A DNA stretch of 64,000 nt from Thalia democratica (taxonomy: Eukaryota), in NCBI GenBank assembly GCA_965202585.1, contig OZ241826.1, forward strand, positions 23,622,001-23,686,000, written 5' to 3'. The notes under the pieces were generated by a model. That model was given only the letters and a program-made list of their open reading frames with translations, was not told the origin of the DNA and searched no databases. Positions 1 to 11,229 of the stretch are shown here, piece by piece. A program made the translations under genes and the position numbers. Positions within the stretch are counted from its first letter, which is position 1; every line of letters starts with the position of its first letter.

Positions 1-370
1 AAATTTTATTGGAGAGGTTCGCTTTAATTTAGAAAGTTTGCTAATTTTTGCTACGGAGAGTTGGTCATGGATGAAATTGGTCTCAGTGGAGTTATTTTCC
101 TATGAATTTCTAAAATACCTCAAATCCTGTATTAAATTATTTTAAACAGTTTCCTTCTTCATTTCCTTCAGTAAAGCTAAATGTTTCAATTATTTGACAA
201 TTTTGTTTTCTAACTTGTCAAATTTGTCAACTTAACTTAAACATTTAAGTTTTGATGTATCATAAATGATGACTTGAATTTTTACAGATAGTCATTTTTT
301 TCTGAAACAATACGGTCATTATCTTCACAAGGCTTCGTAATAACCTAAATTTTTAACTTTTATGGCTCTT
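1..370 (-). mobile_element. Decayed Penelope-like element (PLE) reverse transcriptase fragment in the intron of kelch gene 1
   Basis: Reverse strand reads, with stops and frameshifts, VITKPCED...DTSKLK...EIHRKITPLRPISSMTNSP*QKLANFLN, matching the PLE RT N-terminal motifs (ITKPDKG...PLRPI.S..SP.Y.LAK.L). It is homologous to 40230-40620, 57520-57900 and 16960-17070. Confidence 0.65.
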
Positions 371-689
371 AAGTTAATTCTTTACAGCCTAAATATCATC
401 TAAATCATCATTCTAAACATTTTAAACAAAAAAAGTAAATCTAAACAGGATATTGTGTTATCGTGCAAATTTAATTAGTTTGATTTATTATTTGAATTCT
501 CTGAAAAAGTAAATAAATATATTTAGGACTTAATGTATAGGAATGGATATTCTCCTTAGTTAGTAGAACAATTTCTATACACAAAAAACAGTTCTGTTTA
601 TTCAATAAAGAATATTAATCAACTAATAAATTCTACGTTTTCAGTTTCAAAACTAAGAGTAGTTTTTTACTAAAGTCCTATTTTGAATG

Positions 690-1075
690 ATAAAGGTAAA
701 GACCAGATGTGATAAGAACATGGATATATACTAGGGTTTCCCAAACATTTTTTTAAATGTACCCTTTATGAAAATAAAAAAAGCTATGGCCTCCTTTAAC
801 AATATTACTCAAGAAACTAATATTAAAAACACCTGAGACTTTTTTTTTTTTTTTTTTCATCAGCAACTCCAGAATATCTAGTGTAAGTTTCATAACTACC
901 ATTAAAACACCTAAGACTCTTTTTTTACTCTTCACCTGCAACTCAAGAATATTTAATGTTAGTTTAAAATTATGACTACTTTGCCCACTTTGGGAAACCT
1001 TGTTATATACAAAATCAAAAGCTTATGCGACAACAGCTATATCGGTCTTACAACTAGTTAGCTGATGAATGGGTC
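690..1075 (+). mobile_element. PLE GIY-YIG endonuclease remnant (inverted relative to the RT), interrupted by a MITE
   Basis: aaagaccag...catggatatatac at ~700-731, then after the MITE agctatatcggtcttacaactag (SYIGLTT). Homologous to the minus strand at 39790-39900 and 57050-57200. Confidence 0.55.
732..1002. mobile_element. hAT (Buster/Charlie-type) MITE
   Basis: Ends tagggtttcccaaac / ctttgggaaaccttg. 8-bp TSD atatatac/ttatatac (7/8, NNNTANNN). The empty site catggttatataccaa is present at ~17150 and ~43395. Confidence 0.75.
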
Positions 1076-1645
1076 AAAGAACATATACTTTCTTGCAATA
1101 TTAAGTTTTTAAATTTATATGAAAATGAAGTGGAATTATGAGTCCAATTAAATGATTAGCTGTTTAGGAACATTTGGTGAACAATAAAAGCTGTGCTGAT
1201 AAGTTTAATTTGAAGATATTAAAGTTAATTAAAATTTGGCGTAACCTGTATCACCTAGTCAATTTCTTCCAAAATGTATTTTAATATTAAACGAATTTAC
1301 CTTCTTATATCAAACCATTTTATGCAAAAAAAAATTACTTTAGTGTTTCTTTCTTTACTTAATGCCGTTTTCGGTGTTTATTTGTTTGTATTTAATCAGG
1401 TCTAATTAAAACTCTTTTAATTAAACTTGTGCAATTTAAATTTAATGTAATTAATATTTACGATGATTACCACTGCTACTATATCAGTTAGTTTTGTTTC
1501 TATTAATTGCTGTAAATCCAATGATAAAAATAGAGTGAAATATTTTTGGGTTTTAGTTATGAGTATGTTTTGTATATTGTTTAAAGTTAATCTTGATTTC
1601 TTGTCATTGCATTGTTAAAAAACTGCTATAAAAATATTTTTATAG

Positions 1646-3150
1646 GTAAAGTACCAATAGAAGAGCATCTCATCACTAAAGCCATGCAGCTAAATAAGGT
1701 AGCCTTAGACGACAATGAAAAACGAAAACTTGTTAAATATTTCAAAAATAAAATGAGTTACAAAAACTTTTGCATGCATCTCACCCTTTCAAAGATATTT
1801 TTTTTTTCGAGCAAAGACACTTTAATATATATAGACAGCTGGTTTTCGATGTTTTCAGAGACAAATAATTTTTTGCAGTTGGAAGTAAATCTGCTTGAGG
1901 AGATTATTTCAAGATCAAGTTTGTTAGTTACAACTGAGATTGAAGTTTACCAGGTAGTTAATAAATGGATTAAATACAACTTTACAGAAAGAGGAAAATT
2001 TTCAAAAAGGCTGCTTCTAAAAATACGTCTTCCACTGTTAGGAGAGAAAACCATAAAAAAGATTTTAACTAAAAAGAGTTGTTTTAAAAAGAATAAAGAA
2101 TCTCGTGGAGTTGTAAAAGAAATTTTGAAAGGCAACTTTGATTTTTATAGGAATAAACCGAGCAAGTTTTTTACAGCAAGATGCTGCGATCACGATTCAT
2201 TTGACACTTTGTATTTTGGAGGTATTAAAGAAACAATAGGTGATGGTAGAACTGTTGATGACAAAGTACTTCGAATAAAGCACTCTAAATACTATAAAAA
2301 TCCTAAGGTAGTTTCTTCATTAGCAGAGAAACGTTCTTGCTCTAAAGCGGTTTACCTCAGGGGAAACGTGTACATATTTGATGGTTATGATGAATTAGGG
2401 AGTTTTGTAAAAAAAGTAGAAATTTACAGCCTCATTACAAAAACGTGCAAAGTAGTTGCTAATACAGAAGATATTGATATAACTAAAGACTATAGATATA
2501 TAGAATATTCTGTTTGCGGTTTTATTGATAAAATATATCTAATCGGAGGATGGGATAAAATTGATAATGAAATAGGCTTGTGTATAGAGTTTGATACGAA
2601 AAATTTCTCTTGGAAGCACAAATCCCATATGAGCGAAAGAAGAGATGATCCTGCTGCGTGTGTCTTTGAAGAACAAATAGTCGTATCTGGTGGGATGCAG
2701 AACGCAGGCTATAATATTGTTAACTTTCATAATTATTACGATGATTTTTACCTTCAAACATTAAATACAGTTGAGGCATACTACCCGATAGACGACACTT
2801 GGATACAATTTCCAAGCATGAACTATTCAAGAGGTCTTCACAAGTCAGTTGTAGTTAAGAAGAAATTTTTTGTTATCGGAGGAGGAACTGATATCAATGA
2901 AGTTTATAATTCTACTTCTAAAAGATTCACTGTTCTCAAACCATCATTCAGCCTGCACGACATAAGTAAAACATATCCACTTGCAGCATTTACTTTTAAA
3001 CACAAACTGTTTATTTATTTTGATGGTTTGTCAAGTATCTTTTGCCTCGATACAGTAAAGGGTGAATGTGCGAGAAACCTAGCGAAGCAACGAAATATCT
3101 CAACAGCTTTGCTGCTATCACAGCTCCTCGTCTATAAAGCGAGACTTTAG
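1646..3150 (+). CDS. BACK + Kelch-repeat protein (KLHL-like), gene 1, last coding exon; exon A lies upstream of the window; apparent 1-bp frameshift near the 3' end
   Basis: Acceptor tttatag|gt at 1645/1646 is at the same position as in the three paralogs. BACK motif FLQLEVNLLEEIISRSSLLVTTEIEVYQVVNKWI...RLPLL, followed by Kelch blades (VYIFDG, IYLIGG, VVSGG, VEAYYP...W). The ORF-track start at 1612 is intronic. Confidence 0.9.
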
Positions 3151-4626
3151 AAAGGAGTTATTTCTTAATTTTATAATATTTAAACAAATTAACTTTTTGG
3201 TTCTATTGTAAGAATCATATCTACAAGAGAAAATAGGTTAAATGTTGTTCAAAAGTTTATTTAAAACATTTAGCTTTTTGTAGTTCGTATTACGTTTTTT
3301 ATAAAAAAAAATTAAGTTTAACTCATACAGTAAAATTAAAGTTTAAAGCGAATTTAACTGTAATACGGGTCTAAGTTTTATCTTTTCTTTAAACATTCTA
3401 AATGTAGTGGATTATTTTTTCCGCTGTGTAATGTTATTTTACTAAATAAGCCAAGCTAATTTAGTACGTAAATACTGATTTAGTTGCGCTTAATAATTAC
3501 ATTATACTTTTATTGTTATCAGTATTAGTGTTGTTATTGATGTAAAAATTAGCAATTAAGACCTATTTTAAGAACTGCTAACGATTTTTGTTGAATTGTT
3601 GTTGTTTAAATATTAAGAGTTTTTATTTAAAGACACTTTAATTGTTTTAGGTAACTTCATTTAAATTTAAATATTTTATCTTTCTCACATTACTTAAAGT
3701 TTTAAAGTACTTTCCACTTAAGTTTGATTTATTATTGAGTGTTATTTATTAATGTTTGATTTATAAAAATAACTTATAGTTTTGAATTCAAGTTTTTATA
3801 ATAGTGTTATTTGGTTCTTTATTTTGTCATAATAGATATCTTATTAAAACTGTTTTGTCTGATGTACATAACATGTAGTATTTATAATACAATAATTTAA
3901 TAAGTAGTCCAAATAAATTAAGTATACCAACATTCATCAATTACATATAGTATTGTAACAAACTGGATTTTAAAGAACTCAAATCTAAGGCAGTCAGTTA
4001 ATATTAGTAAATATAAATAATATGTATATATTTAATTACTTTGTTTTATATCCCTTAGTTTAAGAAAGTATAATTTTAGATTGACTGCCTTAATGAATCA
4101 AACTTCTAAAAAATGCATTACTATATACTTATTGAACACAAGAAACATAGCTAATCAATTAAAAAAACACTATAATAATAACAAAGTAGGTGTGAAACAG
4201 TAAATTTGACGCTAAATCGTCCACGCAAACTGAACACATTTGTCTTGATTTCCTGTGTTGTTACTATAAAAAACCAGACTGGCAGAGAAAAGCATGTCAG
4301 CTAGCGGAGAATTTTAAAACAGTTTTAACGTTTTGAAAACAATAAATCAGCTTAAAACGTAACTAGAAAAGCCTGATTTTCTTAAATTATAACTAAAATG
4401 TTTTCAACTATTTTACAATAGCTAAAATTTAATTAGTAGTGTGAACAATTTTGAGAGATATAAAAATTTTGGCTTATTACTAAGACAATATAGAATTTTT
4501 TAAATATTGAGGAGTATAAAATTTGCAAATTACGCCGTTTTTTGTTTGGATTCTAGTGAAAAATGTTTTAGTTTTATTCTTGTTACTTTCAATTAAAAAT
4601 GTTAAAAACTAAAGTTTAGTATTAAC

Positions 4627-5014
4627 CAGGGAAGCAAAAAATCTTTTAATCCTGGAAAACGTGGAGTTTGAAAATTTAGGCTAAAAAACCTGGAATTTTA
4701 GAAATATTTCGAAAAAACCTCTAAGTTTTAACAATATAACTAAAAAACATTGATTTTTTAATTATTTTTACATGTTAAAAGGTAAAACTCTAATTTGACA
4801 GAAACAATTTACCATAATAATAAAAGTTTGTCATCATAAAAAATTATTAACAAAATACCTATTTAAAGTAGCTTTACAGTACCGTTTAATGTTTTCATAG
4901 TATTTAGCAAAGGTTTTAACCTTAAACTTAGTTTTAAATTAAAAACAGACCTAAAAACGTTGGAGAAATTTGTAAAATCTGAAAAAATTTCTCAAAAAAA
5001 AATCGGGATCTCTG
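4627..5014. mobile_element. Non-autonomous DNA element (CAGGG-ended MITE family, hAT-like)
   Basis: Reverse-complement copy of the element at 60763-61185 and of the MITE part of the 25-28 kb array. Degenerate ends caggg.../...ctctg flanked by a perfect 6-bp direct repeat attaac. Confidence 0.65.
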
Positions 5015-7939
5015 ATTAACTAATGTTATTAAGTTTAGAGTAAAATGTTTTTTATAATCTTCTAAGTTGTCTTCATAAATAAATTACCGTTCTAGAATTT
5101 TAGTACGAATTCATTTTCTTACGTTAGTTAACTTGTATTTGTTTTGGCCATCATCAACAAAGTTGAGGTGCTTCGCACTACAAACAATTACTATTACGAT
5201 ATACAAACGCACAACGAATTCTAACATCTGTCAAGCTCGAATAAACTTATAAAGCTTCACACAAAAATGTTAAATAGTAATTGCGATGTCATGTAACTTT
5301 TTTTCTCGTGTAAAGGTACAAGTAGTTTAATACAAATAAATATCAGTATGAAAATGTATATACAAATTAAATTCTAAGAAAACTTTTTTTTTTCTTAGTT
5401 TAGTAATTTGTTGTAGCATAAAATTAAATCCAAATAAGTGTAAGACATAACATAAAAAATATCATTAGTTATATAATAAAAAACTTAATAAATCCATCTT
5501 TGATAAATCTATACATATATAGATTTTCTTAATTATTTTAATGATATTTCAAACCGAATGGGTGTGTTCTATTTAAGTATTTGATCAAAACAAAAAATAT
5601 GTTGTAAATATGCTTCAATATTGAATTTTACCAAGTTGTTTTTTATGTAGAATTCGATTTCAATAATTTTTAATTATTGCCACACGATTCTTGTGCATAT
5701 TTCTATTTTGCACAAATTATGTATTAAAGTAATTCATAATTAACTGAATTACCTTAAAGTTTGTTGAAAGACTAGTTTTGTTAAACTTTTAGTGATATGA
5801 TTAATATTAAGTGACAAGAGAACAAACTTGAATATTTTTATTTCAATTTACTTACTACACAACAAATTGAAGTATTTTGTAAATTAGCTTTTTACAGCTA
5901 TTTATACTTATTTCACGTTCCAAAACAAATTATCAGTAGTTTAGCTAAAATTTAATATTATCGCACAAAAATAGTTAAAAATAATATTTAATTTAAACAA
6001 GTTATTTTATTAGCTGAGAAAGATGTTTTAATTTTATAAAGAAAACATTGTATATAACTTTAAAAATTTACTTTTTTAAAAAAATACAAATTTATCAATC
6101 GATTTTTACTAACCATTTAGTAAATTTCAAATTTGTAATTATTTTGAAAATTGTTATCACAAGTAAAAAGAAAAAAAACTATCTTAATTTCTATACTTTC
6201 TACATATTATTTTAAACTATGAATTTATTTATATATAAATCTACAAAAAGTAGTTAACTAATTCGCCATATCTACTTCATAAAAAGTTTTAGGAAAATTT
6301 TTTTAATAATATTTCAGTTGAAGCATTGAAGTATATTGCTACCTTGCCTTGAAAAATTTGTAGCATACTTTTAAAAACGTAAAACAATTCCGTTCTCACT
6401 ATATTTGGTTACAAAATTATGTGGTTTTTTCAATGCCTGCTGTAAAGCATTATGATAGTTAAAAATAAATTAGTTCAACCATAATTCAAATAAAAATTAA
6501 AAAGTTTTCAAATAAAAAACAAAAAATTAAATACACTTTAAATAACGAAACAAAATAAACAATAATCTTGATAAGTTAAATTAGATCTTTTTAATTAGAT
6601 GACTAAGTTCGTGTAAAATAGCAAATTTCATTAAATGTTCTTTATTTTCAATTCCAGATCATGAACTGAGAAAAAAAGAATATTTTACAAAGTTATACAA
6701 AGTTATATATATATATATATATTTTAAACCAAATTATATGAAATTAAATAATTTGTTTTGAGTTATTTCTAGTCAACAGCAACTTATTTGAATTTTAGAA
6801 CTTAGAACTAACTTAATGTTATAACTTACTTAATTTAAAATGATGTATTGTGCAACGAAATAGAACTAACACAAAACTTTCGGCTCTATTCGGAGCTCTG
6901 TTGTTCTAATAAAAATATCTCTGATGCGTAAAATAAAATTATCTTGATATTTTAAATCTTTCATGATAAGTTTAAAATATTTTATTTATTTTTTAAGCTT
7001 TTACTTTAAAACCTTTTTTTTTTGCAACAGTTTCAGGGTTTTTCCTACGAAATTAACTGGTCCCTGGTGCCGGCAGAACCGGAACAGTCACTGAAAAACC
7101 ACAAAAAGCACGATTAAATTTGCAGAGTATGGACAAAGAAATACGCATCCTTATTTTTAAGTCATAAAGTGTGTTTATGAAAATTCTGATGTTATCTGTT
7201 GTTTCTTTTGTCAATTATGTTACTGAATGAAGGGTACATTTCATAACTATTTTTAGTTATATTCTCTTAGTTTTGCTCTTTACTTTCTTTTGTTCTCGGT
7301 TTTGTCATGTAAAGTAATAAAGTTTAGTTATAAACGATGATATAGGTATTATTTGAATTATAAATTGGTAAATATGTGGCCCGCGAAAGAATTTTCTGCG
7401 ATCCACGACAACTTAAATTTGGTCAACCAAACAAAATTATTTTCGATTTGATTATTTTTCTTCTTCAAAACCGTTTAAAACATTTTAATGATTAGACTTA
7501 AAAATGTTAAAAATACAGATTGGATTTTTAGCAAAGTTTTTATTTATTAGATAATAACTTCCTTTTATATAGCATTTTTGTTAGATCTTACTTCTTAATC
7601 TTTTTATTTTTCTTTAAAATCACGAGTAGTTTTTTATTTCACTGCGAACAATTTGCTAAAAAACTACACGAGCGGATTTTCAAAATAGTTAAAACAAGTT
7701 TGTATAGTTTTTAAATTGTACTTTAATTTAGTTTAATTCATTATTCTTTGAAATTTAATGATACTATTTGTTTTTAAAATCACTAAAGCTATAACTATGA
7801 TATTAAAAAATAAAAAAAACCATAAACGAAAAAACCTTTGGTTATCAAGTCATACACTACTTGGATACAGTTTATCGTTATGTCCAGAACTAGTAACAGT
7901 TCAAGTAGTTCGAGTACCTCCATAGTAAAAAAAATTGTA

Positions 7940-8420
7940 TCCCTGTTTCTTACAGATATCGAATCTAAAAAAGACAGTATTCTTTGCTGAGCTAAGCGTA
8001 AAGCTTTTGAATACACAATACACAGATCACTACTATACTCGTTGTTTTCTAACTTCTGTGTTGCAGTATAGATTTTAGTAAATAGAATATATATAAGTTA
8101 TCCATGTGGGACTTTAACAGTAAGTCAAAAATCACAAAAAGTGTTTGTTGCGTAATATGTCAGCAGCATGTTAGAGCTGAAAATATTTTAACTTTGCTAA
8201 ATTTTTACAGACACTTGCTAATCCTTAGTTGTTTTCTGAACTTGGTGTCGCATATAGAATTTAGTACAAAGTATATAAGTAATCCAGGTAGATAATTTAA
8301 TAGGTAGTGGAATCACATGCATTAGTTGTGGAATGTGTCAGCAGCATCTGATGTTGTTTAAACTATTTTTAAAATATTAGGATAGAAGTTTTTATTATAA
8401 AATCAACAAAACTAGTGTTC
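7940..8420 (+). repeat. Two tandem copies of the locus-specific 'X' module upstream of orphan exon A
   Basis: Reverse complement of the gatgctgctgacacatt / ggttcacgcttggctga module at 23370-23640, 46690-46950, 48050-48350 and 61270-61460. Confidence 0.6.
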
Positions 8421-8957
8421 CTTTGTTTTAAAGATACTGTTAATTAAACAGATTACATTAGTTTAATACTACAATACTACTTATGATATGTAACAAATTA
8501 AAAGCAACTCAGAATAGATATTTAAAATTCATGAAATTCCCAGGATGACTCGAAATATCCCAGGTTATTGAATCTTTTTTTTTCAGCTCAGAAAAACTCA
8601 AGCCAGTTTTATCTTTTATAAAGAATTCATTACCGTTTTTAGATTTCTGAACTATGTGGCCAATTTTTTTTAAATAAGATTAATATAATTTAGATCCAAT
8701 GTTTCTAATCTTTTAATTGGGTTTGTTAAAGAACCTAGTTTTATCGAAACTCTCAAAGAAAATGTTTTTAAGGAATCTAATAATTTTTGATTACTAAGTA
8801 CAGTTATGGTCTGTTATTACACTTTTTGGTTACTTAGAAACTATTTTTTTATTCTAAGAGTTGCAACCGTGCTTTAGCTTCAGTCTACTTTATTTTTTTT
8901 ACTTGTCATAGAAATTAGAAAGAAAAGTTTAATTAAACATTTATTAACATTAAAATG

Positions 8958-9192
8958 ATGAGTAGAAAAAATTTGAAGCGTAATTCATACTGCTGTAGAG
9001 AAAGGTATAAGAAAACCAATGTTAAAAAAAGTAAGTTGGAAGATTTAAAGACAACTAAACACCTGAGTAGACATGAAAATAAGATTGAAGTTGGTAGTAT
9101 TTGTGAGAAATGTATTACAGAAGCACAACAGAAAACAGTTACGGAGAATTCTGTTAAGAATATAACAGAAAGCAAGAAATATTCTTATCAAA
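8958..9192 (+). pseudogene. Orphan exon A (N-terminal coding exon of a fifth kelch paralog); no BACK/Kelch exon follows on +
   Basis: MSRKNLKRNSY...KLEDLKTTKHLSRHENK...CITEAQQK...SKKYSYQ aligns with the three other exon A copies, with one codon deleted. It ends at the same phase-1 donor caaa|gtatgt. Intron homology continues to ~9365 and then stops. Confidence 0.7.
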
Positions 9193-9744
9193 GTATGTTT
9201 AATAAATTCAAAGTTTTTATATATTTATAAAATTTTTGATAAATTAAACCTCTTAAGTTTAAAATCAATTTTTTTCTACGTTTATAAACAAACATCTAGG
9301 TAAAAATAACGAATATTTTTATTAAACTAAACTTTATTTATTTAGTTGAACAAAATAAGACATTAAAACTTAACAAAATTTTGAATTAGCTGTACTTTAA
9401 AAATGTTTCAATTTTATTACTAACATTTTAAGTAGAAATGGGTTATGAACAATATTAAAAAGACAGTAAAACATACACTTTAAGCTTCTGCGATATACTA
9501 ATAAGAACTGTTTCTAAGTAAAAGACAATGATTTGCATAAACACAGATGTTTTTATTTTACACCTGAGTAGAGTTGTTTTTTAAACTCAGCATAAAATTT
9601 TATTTTGAAAATTGTTACCGGGCAGATTAGATAAAAATAATTTAAAAAGTGTCTTAAATCATATAATGATTAAAGCTTAAAATAATACATTAAGATCAAA
9701 CTCAAAATCAAAAGTTTACCGGTTAATTGATTTAAAAGTATTTT

Positions 9745-10180
9745 TAGTCTTTTTATGGGTATCCTTTAAAACTTTAATAACTAAAACAATTTAAACAAGT
9801 TTTTAAAGTTACATAACTAAAATAAAAGTTTAAGATAAGATAGTTTGTTAAAACTCAAAAGGATACCCATAAGAAGTTTTTAAGCTGTTGTTAGTCTTTT
9901 TATGGGTATCCTTTTGAGTTTAAACAATTTGTACAAGTAAAAAGTTTAAAGAAAAAATTTAAATCAAATTTAAAAGGATAACCATAAAAAGTTTTAAAGT
10001 TTTGTTCAGTCTTTTAATGGTTATCCTTTCCAAATTTAACATCTAGAACAGTATAAATAAGTTTTGTAAAGTTATACAACTAAAATAAAAGTTGGAAACA
10101 AGATATTTTTATTAAACTCAAAAGGATACCAATAAAAAGATTTAAAACTTTGTTTAGTCTTTTTATTGTTGTCCTTTGAA
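9745..10180. repeat. Array of ~3.5 hairpin (inverted-repeat) units, period 115-148 bp
   Basis: Perfect 22-bp arms aaactcaaaaggatacccataa (9851-9872) / ttatgggtatccttttgagttt (9900-9921). Further pairs at 9973-9991/10011-10029 and 10121-10140/10158-10177, plus a lone right arm at ~9749. Confidence 0.85.
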
Positions 10181-11229
10181 ATTTAAATGCTAATATAGTT
10201 CGAACAAATTTTCAAAGTCATTTTAACTAATCTTCAGTTTTAAAAAATTGAACAATTTTGTGATAAAATATACGTAAAAAGACTTTTTTGAACAACTGTA
10301 CAAAAATGTTGAAAAATACGTCAAATCAATATAAAGTTGTACAACTTTTTAAAGGATGCCCGAAAAAAGACTTAAATTGTGTTCCAGCAAACTCCGAATG
10401 ACATTAAGGGACATCAGTAACAAACGTGTTTGCAGTCGACGGACCACTTCGAATTCACTGAACGTCAAAGTTGTTTGCTTCTGTTGGGACTTGTCGTCAA
10501 TACATTTTATAACATTGTACGCTTTTTGCTTGTTTTCAATACAAAACTTTAACTAGTTAGTTTGAACTAAAACTAATACCTAACTAAAATTTGTATTTGC
10601 TAGCTACGTTACATTTTTATTGATTTCATAAAAAAACTTTTACGTCTTACTTTAGCCAAATAAAATTAGCCTTGTAACTTAAAATCTTTTTTTTTCGAAT
10701 ACTACGCTTTTTGTCATAAAATATCTAACAAAAAGTTCAAAATCTGGTAGTTTTTTTTACTGCACATTAATACCTAAAAGCTTGAAAAGATGTAAGCCCT
10801 ACAAAATATTAATTTTAAATACAATAATATACAGGTTAACATACACATGGCAAAATTACCGTACCTTTTTAATGTATTGATACTTTTTGTAAATACATTA
10901 AAAAATTAATTAAGGTTTTAGTAGAAAAAAATTTAGTTTGATAATGTTAATTTAAGTTTAGTTTATGTCATTTAATTGATATACGGAATTTGTGAAAGGC
11001 TCTTAAAAACTAAAAATTATCGTGTCTAGTTTATAACACTAAACTATATCTTTGATGAAAAAATTGATAACAGAAAAGAAAATAGTACACCAAATCATTC
11101 TACCAAACTTTTTGAAGCTTATTTTGTTATTCAATATATAATAAATTATTTTATCTGACAATGAAGTACACTCGAATATTTAGTGAGCAATAGAACTTGT
11201 TTTCTTGTTTGAAACTAAGTAACTGTTGA

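Noticed and set aside
753-941. 62-aa ORF with poly-Lys
   Set aside because: It reads through the poly-T tract of a MITE.
1612-1645. ORF-track starts at 1612 (TTG) and 56486 (MCYS) as true start codons
   Set aside because: They lie upstream of the splice acceptor conserved in all four paralogs and are not conserved, so they are intronic.
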